The notes under the pieces: generated by a model | The model's database searches: none | The model's input: only the letters and a program-made list of their open reading frames with translations | Told to the model about the DNA's origin: nothing | In this document: positions 32,201-39,451 of the stretch, one piece after another | Layout of the letters: each line of letters starts with the position of its first letter | Position numbering within the stretch: position 1 is the stretch's first letter | Program-made: the position numbers and the translations under genes | Virus record (IMG/VR): IMGVR_UViG_3300027736_001324 | Span: 1 to 64,000 of that record | Strand: one strand, 5' to 3' | DNA length: 64,000 nucleotides

Positions 32201-33597
32201 ATCCCCATCTTCTCAAATGTTCTACTCATTTTGCTGTTTATTAAGCCACCTGTAACTTCAATAAAACTCTTAGCGCCGGCCATCGTAGTAGAGCCAAACA
32301 TTGCTATTTCTCGGGTGTTGCTTGATAATATTTTATTAAGTTTTTCAAACTCTTTAATAGTCAACCCTACCGATTTAAGATCATCTATTAAACCGGTAAC
32401 ACCTCTTGCCCCGGTAACTGATGCTTCACCTAATTGCAAGAAATTTTTAAATGCTTCATCTTCAAGTGCAGCACGGTCTTTGTTTAGTTTAGCATCTCGT
32501 CTTATAATTTCCGCTTCAGCTTGAGAAGCATATCCAAGAATAGCCAACAACCCACCTATTGCTACTGCCAACAATCCAATTGGGCCAGTTGCTAGTGTTA
32601 CTTGAACACCTACTGCCATCATAGTGGCACCAAAATCAACCATACCACCACCTGTTTTTTCTAATGATGATGCATATGCCTCTGCTTGTGCAGAAACCAT
32701 GGCAGCTGCCACGCTTTGACCTCTTACTCCATCTAATAACGCATCTTCATATGCTATTAGACCTTTATAAGTTCCTACTATTCCGGCTTTTAAAAAGTCA
32801 AACGCAGCCGTTAAAACAAAGCTACCGGCGGCTATGGCTCCTTTTTTACCAAACATATCTTTGAATTCTTCCAAAGCTTTTTCAGCTTTTTCTCTGGCTT
32901 CATTTTCTGCTTTTATTTTTCTTAATGAGGCTTCTTGTTCTTTGTTTAATTTGATAGTCGTGTCTATTATTTTATTATTACTATCAACATAACGACCCAT
33001 TGAAGCTAACTGTTGCTTATATAATTTTTCTTGGTCCATTGCAAGTTTAGCATTTTTTGCATCTGTCCCATATTTTTTTTGTAGATCAGGACTTTCAGCA
33101 AGACCCTTTTGCAAATCTTCTATTAATTTTTTTTCAATTGATTCACGTTCATTAGCTAATTGATGTAATTTACCCTGACTATCTTTTACTAATCCTAAAC
33201 TTTCAAGTTCATACTTGGCGCGCCGCTCAAAAGTTTCTTTTTGAGCCTCATTAATTTTGTTAAGTTCGGCATCATATGCATTGTCTTTTTGAATTTGTCG
33301 TTGAGTTAATTGGTTGGCTTCAGCATCTAGTTCTTTTTGACGTTCTATTTGCTTGTCTTTATCACTTAATGAATTCCATATAGCCTTTGCTTCGTCGTCA
33401 CGGGCATCCTTTAAAGCCTGCGCAGCTTGTTCACGTTCTTTTTGTTCACGTCGGCGGAGAAATTTTTCTTCCTCAGTTAGGACTTCTGCTTCTGCAATTG
33501 CTTCTCTAGTGCTATCATTTCTGGAACCCAGACCTTCAGCCAACAATTGAAGTTGTTCAAGAATTGATCTAGATAGATTGTCATTTTCTATTGGCAT
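29209..33597 (-). CDS. Tape-measure-like protein with hydrophobic segments and C-terminal LAS/M15-type peptidase motif; start revised to 33597
   Basis: Long helical protein; hydrophobic GPIGLLAVAIGGLLAILG; VGEKGKPEAIMP motif; SQHTKGKAFDF...GGHFH. The 33732 start would overlap the divergent gene. Confidence 0.75.
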   Translation of the reverse strand: MPIENDNLSRSILEQLQLLAEGLGSRNDSTREAIAEAEVLTEEEKFLRRREQKEREQAAQALKDARDDEAKAIWNSLSDKDKQIERQKELDAEANQLTQRQIQKDNAYDAELNKINEAQKETFERRAKYELESLGLVKDSQGKLHQLANERESIEKKLIEDLQKGLAESPDLQKKYGTDAKNAKLAMDQEKLYKQQLASMGRYVDSNNKIIDTTIKLNKEQEASLRKIKAENEAREKAEKALEEFKDMFGKKGAIAAGSFVLTAAFDFLKAGIVGTYKGLIAYEDALLDGVRGQSVAAAMVSAQAEAYASSLEKTGGGMVDFGATMMAVGVQVTLATGPIGLLAVAIGGLLAILGYASQAEAEIIRRDAKLNKDRAALEDEAFKNFLQLGEASVTGARGVTGLIDDLKSVGLTIKEFEKLNKILSSNTREIAMFGSTTMAGAKSFIEVTGGLINSKMSRTFEKMGISQNAQMEHAQKYMAMQARFGLLEGKSKQDLIKGTQNYISELDKTAALTGASRKEQENARDLAMAQSELRAAIFDEQEKAKGGDKEAELRVLSLQRQMDLVSKLELIGQKELATGTAKAAANNGQIVDSSSAKAIRMIGGTIEQYRKGEGTAQTRLGTLSNELRAGFKELAPLARIKSDAISGLADLDIPKLLDGINTFDNANKLRLEWEKDPKNKGKPFDEKAMDQMLSRVAKDPRTTSDVETGRKTQDEAIAKQTQLLNGQLGAANQMKEAGGMFGKAASSMLTAAKQMYNAAFKGTRGEAENIGINIDKKQEQIDSANARKAAVEEKIKKGENTSANREELALWGDRVKTLEKEKALLVKQKELTEDKAALEDKMGRSTEDFKEKFEAQRVQQNQLFLAKQVALGEEAKQIEKKRANGTDVSKELAALQEKQTKLTKDRIEAERALVDKQTAEKEAVLKKENADYAKVEEQLKLAKSNKLKIATQSGSSTQEGTMNAYVGRGKNPVKTINANDAIDDSAEEAPAAAPVTTTAKPPVAAPVAAPVAAPVTTTAQAQALRTNQTVPVTAPLYDNSPQGRSAAANRERIWAKATPTEATPAADIPPKKEKGGLVPGTEKGTTVTVGEKGKPEAIMPLDVLSGMIGGTGAKGDNDQRYAQILKLNSNFSGSIDVSAKTVELGKINNDLSKDNNKLLEKQTKTSDKLIISMNKVTDMLPNVLSQILSAIAPAPGGDGSTTAPAGAPATAAGSGASGSAPVPQASTSGGMIKAGTDMLKKIGLIFSPGRDLQKNNGDIDPKLIDIAKKVQETIPGFSQFTGFNDVYHTENTPKSQHTKGKAFDFSLNKTPSKEEGEKIKSQLKALGLDLVKDEYNDTSGAFRTGGHFHGQLNAFDGGVFEPRPGGVHVNLAEAGLREAAVPLNPGEKIRVEKSEQETNPPKKEPLSTVMANDNISSSKVDQSAEILAGIHDLMEDKFDSMISAIRDGNNISDKILKYSQV

Positions 33598-33680
33598 ATT
33601 AATTTTACCCGTGTTTTTAACTAATAAATAGTTATATATGTATTTATTGTTTGTAAAAATACATTTTTGGAGAAATATCA

Positions 33681-34502
33681 ATGACAAACCCACTAAGACA
33701 ATACTTTCGTAGACCTGCACTTTATCTAACATTACCTAGTAGAGGTAAATTTTACCCTGAAGGAGCATTAGAAATGCCGGAAAACGGAGAACTTGCGGTA
33801 TATCCTATGACTGCAATTGATGAGATTACTAGTAAAACCCCCGATGCATTGTTTAACGGTAACGCAGTACCTGAAATTATCAAAAGTTGTGTCCCGGGAA
33901 TAAAAGACCCGTGGGCAGTTCCCAGTGTAGATATGGATGCTATTTTGGTTGCTATTCGTGCTGCTACTAGCGGTAATGATTTGGAAATCAGTAGCACTTG
34001 TCCTAAATGTGAAGAAGAAAGTAAGTATAATATCAACTTGGGATTTTTACTAGGTAGTATTAAAGCCAGCGACTATAATGAAGTGTTTCACATGGGGGAA
34101 TTAACGCTTAAATTTAAACCATTAAATTACACTCAGGTCAATGAAGGCAATATGGGGCAATTTCTTATACAACGTGAAATAAACGGATTAGAAGGAATGA
34201 CAGATGATACTGAAAGAAGCAAAGTATCCGGTGAAATTATGAAAAAATTGACCCAGATGAATATGGAATTAATCGGTTCAGTAATCGAATCTATAACAAT
34301 CCCAACTGAAGTGGTAACTAATAGAGAATTTATTAGTGAGTTCCTATCAGGATGTGACAGGGCTACTTATGAAAAAATTCGTCAACATGTATTAAGACTA
34401 AGAGATAGTTCAAATATTAAACCACAACATATCAAATGTGTAAGTTGCTCACATGAATATGATCAAGCACTAGTGTTAAACGTTTCTGATTTTTTCGAGT
34501 AA
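33681..34502 (+). CDS. gp26: Baseplate hub assembly / tail chaperone protein, gp26-like
   Basis: LTLPSRG..YP, PMTAIDE, AIRAAT, two CxxC motifs, C-terminal DFF. Confidence 0.8.
   Translation: MTNPLRQYFRRPALYLTLPSRGKFYPEGALEMPENGELAVYPMTAIDEITSKTPDALFNGNAVPEIIKSCVPGIKDPWAVPSVDMDAILVAIRAATSGNDLEISSTCPKCEEESKYNINLGFLLGSIKASDYNEVFHMGELTLKFKPLNYTQVNEGNMGQFLIQREINGLEGMTDDTERSKVSGEIMKKLTQMNMELIGSVIESITIPTEVVTNREFISEFLSGCDRATYEKIRQHVLRLRDSSNIKPQHIKCVSCSHEYDQALVLNVSDFFE
34490..34496 (+). other. Candidate -1 ribosomal frameshift heptamer T TTT TTC
   Basis: X XXY YYZ pattern in correct phase two codons before the stop; -1 frame is open into 34550-34726. Confidence 0.65.
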
Positions 34503-34549
34503 GGCTTCTGTCGCTTATCCCCGAGAAGATACAGAAGCTGCTAGACAGC

Positions 34550-34726
34550 ATGGATGAAGAAACAACAACAATTAAGAAAAATGCATTAAAGTTTTCTTGG
34601 TATATGCGGGGCGGAGTATCCTATGAGGATGTACTTAATATGTCTGAATCGGAAAGAGAAGCTATAAGTCAAATCATAGATGAGAACTTGGAAACTACTA
34701 AGAAAACTCAGATGCCATTCTTCTAA
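34550..34726 (+). CDS. Small gp51-like protein (58 aa; missing from the ORF track); may be made as a frameshift fusion
   Basis: MDEETTTIKKNALKFSWYMRGGVSYEDVLNMSESERE...MPFF; position immediately after the gp26-like gene. Confidence 0.7.
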   Translation: MDEETTTIKKNALKFSWYMRGGVSYEDVLNMSESEREAISQIIDENLETTKKTQMPFF

Positions 34727-34734
34727 TCCGTAAT

Positions 34735-35220
34735 TATTCATTTATCAACTTTGGGATGTTTCATTAAGAGATGAACTTCGTTCATCTAAGAACTCACTTC
34801 GTTCGTTCTTATTTCTTTCAGTATACGGAATCGTTTAAGACTTTAATTGTATCGGATATATATTGCCGATTAGAAGCCATGGTAGTGCAAATTTGCACCA
34901 CCAATGGGAAAGGTATGTTTGCCATGACCGTCGTCCAGTGTTATCTATCCCCCAATTAATCGCCTATTTCTGACACTAACTGCTACCGGTTGCTCTGTAA
35001 AGTATTATGGGACTGTAGTGAAGCTAACAACTTTAGTTGTTTCTTCCGCAACGCACATTCTATGAAATCAAGATAAAGTATTCATAGACTTGTTGAAGGT
35101 TCGCTTTGCCGATTGCCTTCTCGGTATACCCATAGTTATTGCTAACTATGCTTACTCCAGATCCGTCAGCACAGCACTACCTGTACAAACTCAAGGAGGA
35201 CTCACAAACTGAGCCAACGA
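34735..35220 (-). ncRNA. Candidate large structured non-coding RNA / origin-like region
   Basis: Longest gene-free gap in the window; at least 7 hairpins; G-U pairs and a GCAA tetraloop work on the minus strand. Confidence 0.55.
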
Positions 35221-35224
35221 ATTT

Positions 35225-35785
35225 TTATGTATTAATGGTTAAAAGGGAATCTTTGTTTTCTGTTGACTTGGTGTCTATTGTACTAGAATATGTTTTTAAT
35301 AAGTCTGTATTATGTAGGAAGAAACTATCAAATTCAAAAATCATCCAGTCTCCGTGTTTTTGAGATGTATAGTATGTGAAGTTATCCGCAACCCATGTTA
35401 GTTTGCTTTGTACACAAACATAGCGACCTTTACGGGTAATTTTAATAAATAAAATATTAATGTCATTTGTGTCCTCTACTGCTAGTAATTGTCCTAGCCA
35501 AGTATCTAATTGCTTACATTCCCCAGTAAGTAATAGATGAAACGGGAAGTCAGCATAATTTTTACACTCAGCATTGAAATGCGCCCAAGTGTCAGGTGGA
35601 GTTATATCACCCTTAAAAGATTTGGCTTGATTCCCGTCTAAAAAGTTCTTTCGATGTGAATTAGCGCCCCCAATATAAGCCCCTGAGTTTGGAACACGAA
35701 CAAATGGCTCCCCGTAAGTATCGCTGAGAAATTTTGCAATTTCTCTCTCATAAGAACTACCTTTTGTTTTACTTTTTGAAGTCAT
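35225..35785 (-). CDS. PD-(D/E)XK nuclease, Hjc-like Holliday junction resolvase
   Basis: KGSSYERE...RVPNSGA...GDI...AECK motif order. Confidence 0.75.
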   Translation of the reverse strand: MTSKSKTKGSSYEREIAKFLSDTYGEPFVRVPNSGAYIGGANSHRKNFLDGNQAKSFKGDITPPDTWAHFNAECKNYADFPFHLLLTGECKQLDTWLGQLLAVEDTNDINILFIKITRKGRYVCVQSKLTWVADNFTYYTSQKHGDWMIFEFDSFFLHNTDLLKTYSSTIDTKSTENKDSLLTINT

Positions 35786-35805
35786 GCTATTACTTATTAG
35801 ATTAT

Positions 35806-36549
35806 TCAGGCACTGATAAATTTACACTTGTCACCGTGAAACATTGTATAATGATTTTTTGCTATTGTCCGATTACAATGTTCACATACTTTTTGATTTT
35901 TTAGTTTCTTCATAGGATTATTTTCACCTGAGTTTTTTAATCTTGTCATTGCTTTATTGTAATCAGACGCAGGAATTCCATACATTGGATTTTTATCACC
36001 CCTCATTCGGTCAGACAATTTTGAATTTCCAGTGAGAGATTTGCTAATATTTTCATTATGAGAAGCTGGTCTATTTTTTGCATATTTTTGCACACCTATA
36101 CTCTGATTCTGTTTTCTAATATCATCATGCTTTTTCCCATAATGGGGAGACTTCTCTCTAACTTTACCATACATGGGATTTTTATTACCTGTTCTAGCTT
36201 TACTTTTACGTTGTCTAGTAATTGAATTTTCTTTAACACCGTACCGATTGTATAATCCGTCTCCGTTGTGTTGGTTAAAACTCATTGCATCATCTTTGGC
36301 ATTGAGTGATTTAAGAAGTACACGCTCTAACTCGGCAACATATCCTGCCTCGCCTATGTGTAATATTTCAAAAGTCCACTCATTTCTGTTTTTCAATATC
36401 ATTGGTTTGACTTCTTTACTGGAACATATATATTCTTCATGGCGTGATGGATTCCAACCGTTGCGTATTTTAGATCCAATATACCACCGTCCGGATGGAA
36501 TATGAATCCACTTATAGATATAAGGTATAGTTTTGTTATAAATAGTCAT
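35806..36549 (-). CDS. GIY-YIG-like (Seg-type) homing endonuclease with NUMOD3-like repeats
   Basis: YIYKW...WYIGS, later LE...FN; three NPM repeats; CEHC...HGDKC; AAGGAG SD. Confidence 0.75.
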   Translation of the reverse strand: MTIYNKTIPYIYKWIHIPSGRWYIGSKIRNGWNPSRHEEYICSSKEVKPMILKNRNEWTFEILHIGEAGYVAELERVLLKSLNAKDDAMSFNQHNGDGLYNRYGVKENSITRQRKSKARTGNKNPMYGKVREKSPHYGKKHDDIRKQNQSIGVQKYAKNRPASHNENISKSLTGNSKLSDRMRGDKNPMYGIPASDYNKAMTRLKNSGENNPMKKLKNQKVCEHCNRTIAKNHYTMFHGDKCKFISA

Positions 36550-36623
36550 GCTGGTGCTCCTTGTAAATGAATAGCATTAGAGTAGTCGGAGAGGTTAGAG
36601 ACTCGTGGACTACACTTTTATTT
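36550..36623 (+). ncRNA. Candidate cis-antisense small RNA to the endonuclease leader
   Basis: TATAAATA at 36537-36544 (+), two hairpins, then a T-rich end. Confidence 0.5.
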
Positions 36624-36627
36624 ATCA

Positions 36628-38391
36628 TTATTCTATGTTTACTGAGGTATCATACGTAGTAAAGCCATGCTCCTTAACTACACGAAGGACGTTAGGTACC
36701 CTATTTACTAATTCCTCCTTATGGGAAACAAGCCAGATTGATTTGTGTCTGCGGCGAGTCATCTCTTTTAGAATTGCAAGAGAATTCTCAACTCCAACAC
36801 CATCAGTGCCGTTATCTAATAGTTCGTCAATGAACAACAAATTGATTGGGGAATACAAGTTTTCCCAAACATCACGGAATGCCCAAGACAATGATAGAAT
36901 AACTCTATTCATTTCTCCCCTTGATAAATTATAGAAATCCATTTCACGACCCAATTCCGTAATCTCAACTTGTAAATCATTCTTAAATATTACTTGATGT
37001 GGCAATCCAATCTTATCTAAGTAATGTGTCAATCTACCATTCAAATATGATAGATTCTGGTCAATAATCTTTTTACGAACAAAGCTATCCTTGCTAGTTA
37101 AAATATCAAGCAAGAACTTTTGGTGTTCCATTGTGCGTGTCAATTGATTAATTCTGTCAAAGTTAATCTCTTGCAATGCTTGGTTCTCCATCTCTGAAAT
37201 CTGTTCACTATACGGATCAACTTCTTCGCCTTTACGTTCAATATCTTTAATAAGATTCTCAAGTTGGCTACTGTGTTTGATTGCTTGTGCTTCAGTATCA
37301 TAATGAGTAGTTGGCATTGCACCTAATGCACCCAAGTCCTTTAATGCTTGAGTATGTTCCATGAATTGTTTATTGATAGTTAAAACTTGAAATGCTGCTT
37401 CATGTGATGCTTTTATCTTCTCATCCAACACACTTTCATGCTTTTGATCATGGAACTCTTGACCACAAGCATAACATTTGTGGTCACGCAAATCACTAAT
37501 TTCTGTTGTTAGTTTATTAACTAATTTTTGTTCTTTGGCTTCGTCAGCTACACAACGAGCAATTAGTTTATTGAGGTCATCAATAGTCTTGCGCTTTTCA
37601 TTGTATGCTGTTAAATCTTTGTGAGCCTGTAATTCATTAGCAATATCAATAGTGATTAGTCTTTGATAATCAATAGCAAGACGTTCTAAATCTTCATCGT
37701 GCTTCATCTTCCACAATTTCTGTCTACGTTTAGTAGAATCAATTTGTTCTTTTACACGCTTATTGGCTTCCTCAATTGCTTTTACTTTGAATTCTTCTTG
37801 CTGAATATCATCTTTGCTATCTTTAACCAATCCCTTAATCACTTCTGCTTTTTCTGAAAGCAAGGTGATACCCAATAATTGTTCAATGATAGCACGTTGT
37901 TCATTATTTTTCAATGCAAGAAATGGTTCAGAATAGGTGTTAAGTGCCACGATATGTTTAAACATATCACTACTCATGTGGATCACTTTTTCAATCGCAG
38001 CTTGTGTTTCTTTGTTCTCGCCCTGTGCGTCATCCAATCCTTTTTGTAAATCACTATTTACATAGAATCGTAGGATGTTGGGCTTACGTCCACGTTCAAT
38101 CTTATAATCTATCCCATTAACACTAAACTCTAGTGTTACCATCATGTTTTTACCATTGGTACGATTAACTAGATTATCTTTACGAATACTGTTAATGGGA
38201 ACACCAAACAATGCATAACTCAATGCTTGGATGAGTGATGTTTTACCCGTACCATTACGAGCGCCATCACCACCTAAGTCTAGATTTTCACCTAGAATAA
38301 GTGTTAGTTCCTGTCTGTCAAAGTTGACTGCTTGTGTTACTTGTCCGATTGATAAAAAATTACGGAGGGTGATATTCTTCAGAGTTATCAT
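36628..38391 (-). CDS. gp46: Rad50/SbcC-like recombination ATPase
   Basis: Walker A NGTGKTS, zinc hook CYAC, signature LSRGE, Walker B LLFIDE. Confidence 0.95.
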   Translation of the reverse strand: MITLKNITLRNFLSIGQVTQAVNFDRQELTLILGENLDLGGDGARNGTGKTSLIQALSYALFGVPINSIRKDNLVNRTNGKNMMVTLEFSVNGIDYKIERGRKPNILRFYVNSDLQKGLDDAQGENKETQAAIEKVIHMSSDMFKHIVALNTYSEPFLALKNNEQRAIIEQLLGITLLSEKAEVIKGLVKDSKDDIQQEEFKVKAIEEANKRVKEQIDSTKRRQKLWKMKHDEDLERLAIDYQRLITIDIANELQAHKDLTAYNEKRKTIDDLNKLIARCVADEAKEQKLVNKLTTEISDLRDHKCYACGQEFHDQKHESVLDEKIKASHEAAFQVLTINKQFMEHTQALKDLGALGAMPTTHYDTEAQAIKHSSQLENLIKDIERKGEEVDPYSEQISEMENQALQEINFDRINQLTRTMEHQKFLLDILTSKDSFVRKKIIDQNLSYLNGRLTHYLDKIGLPHQVIFKNDLQVEITELGREMDFYNLSRGEMNRVILSLSWAFRDVWENLYSPINLLFIDELLDNGTDGVGVENSLAILKEMTRRRHKSIWLVSHKEELVNRVPNVLRVVKEHGFTTYDTSVNIE

Positions 38392-39401
38392 AGATTGTTA
38401 TAAATTTCCAAGAGTATTCGTTTATCAAAGCTATTGCTTTCAATGCTATTGATTTGGTCAATAATGATTTGGTCTACTGATTCAAACTTCAAATCACCGC
38501 GCCCCTCTTGCTCAACTTGGTCTACTTTCATTGGTATCAATGCCATCTCTCTTAGTTTATGTTCTGGAATTAATGTTTCACGTATGAAGTTAGCTTCTTC
38601 ATATGAAATATCAATGTCAAGATGCACTCTAACATGACTATCAGGTAATAGCAATCCCTTTGGATTTTCTAATATATCGCTTAACTTGTGAACACGATAC
38701 AGTGGTTGTTTAGGCCAACTATGAAAGATTGGGTCTTGTCCCCATTCCATTACCATCATACCACGTGCATCATCTTGTGCATCAGCATAGTTATGTGGGA
38801 AACTATTGCCAATGTACCAAACATTAGCACGGCTTTGTCGTTTATGAAAATGCCCACTAAAGACATAATCAAAATCTTTCATATGATCGGTATTAATTTC
38901 ACCGTGATCGGGCATCTCTACCATAGCATTCATATAGAATCTTGGCAATTCAAAATGTCCAAACATATATTTGCCACTTAGTTTCTGAACCTTTTTGTAA
39001 TCATCCTGTACAAGCCATGGTGCAATTACTACATCTCCTTCGGTGAAGAAGTCGTTGACAATTTGTACGTTTGGTAAATGTTTAGCCCACTCAACACTAT
39101 GAATGTCCCTGCGGTCACGATAATAAAGGTCATGATTGCCCGGTATAAAATATACCCTATCAAAGTTATCATTTAGTTTCTCCAATGCTTGTAATCCAAA
39201 CTGTAGTGTGTGAATATTGATACTTGCTCTGTGATGATTATAATCACCCAAGAAAAAACAAGTTTCACACCCTTCACTTTTAGCTTTGGTTATAAACCAA
39301 TCTACAAAATTATTGCAGTCATGGTTATGCTGTAAGCTATTTGACTTAAGACCAAAATGAATATCGGTGAATACAGCGGCTTTTTTAAAAAGGTTAGTCA
39401 T
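38388..39401 (-). CDS. gp47: Mre11/SbcD-like nuclease; start revised to 39401
   Basis: DIHFG, LGD, GNHD, GHFH metallophosphoesterase motifs; ATGA overlap with gp46. Confidence 0.95.
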   Translation of the reverse strand: MTNLFKKAAVFTDIHFGLKSNSLQHNHDCNNFVDWFITKAKSEGCETCFFLGDYNHHRASINIHTLQFGLQALEKLNDNFDRVYFIPGNHDLYYRDRRDIHSVEWAKHLPNVQIVNDFFTEGDVVIAPWLVQDDYKKVQKLSGKYMFGHFELPRFYMNAMVEMPDHGEINTDHMKDFDYVFSGHFHKRQSRANVWYIGNSFPHNYADAQDDARGMMVMEWGQDPIFHSWPKQPLYRVHKLSDILENPKGLLLPDSHVRVHLDIDISYEEANFIRETLIPEHKLREMALIPMKVDQVEQEGRGDLKFESVDQIIIDQINSIESNSFDKRILLEIYNNL

Positions 39402-39418
39402 TCTTATATTGTATAATA

Positions 39419-39444
39419 AATGATGTTGCCGTAGCAACATCATT
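39419..39444 (-). promoter_or_regulatory. 11-bp hairpin with cTACGg loop, overlapping a possible sigma70-like promoter (TTGCTA-18-TACAAT)
   Basis: Minus strand AATGATGTTGC-TACG-GCAACATCATT between gp55 and gp47. Confidence 0.55.
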
Positions 39445-39451
39445 GGATAAA

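Noticed and set aside
34771-35363. ORFs 34771-34959 and 35139-35363
   Set aside because: No SD or recognisable motifs; they overlap hairpins or the resolvase antisense strand.
22370-36549. Endonucleases as intron- or intein-encoded elements
   Set aside because: Flanking genes look complete and I found no splicing motifs; both appear free-standing.
22275-39443. Longest-ORF starts at 22346, 33732 and 39443
   Set aside because: These extensions cross a terminator, a divergent gene and a hairpin/promoter respectively; downstream ATGs fit better.
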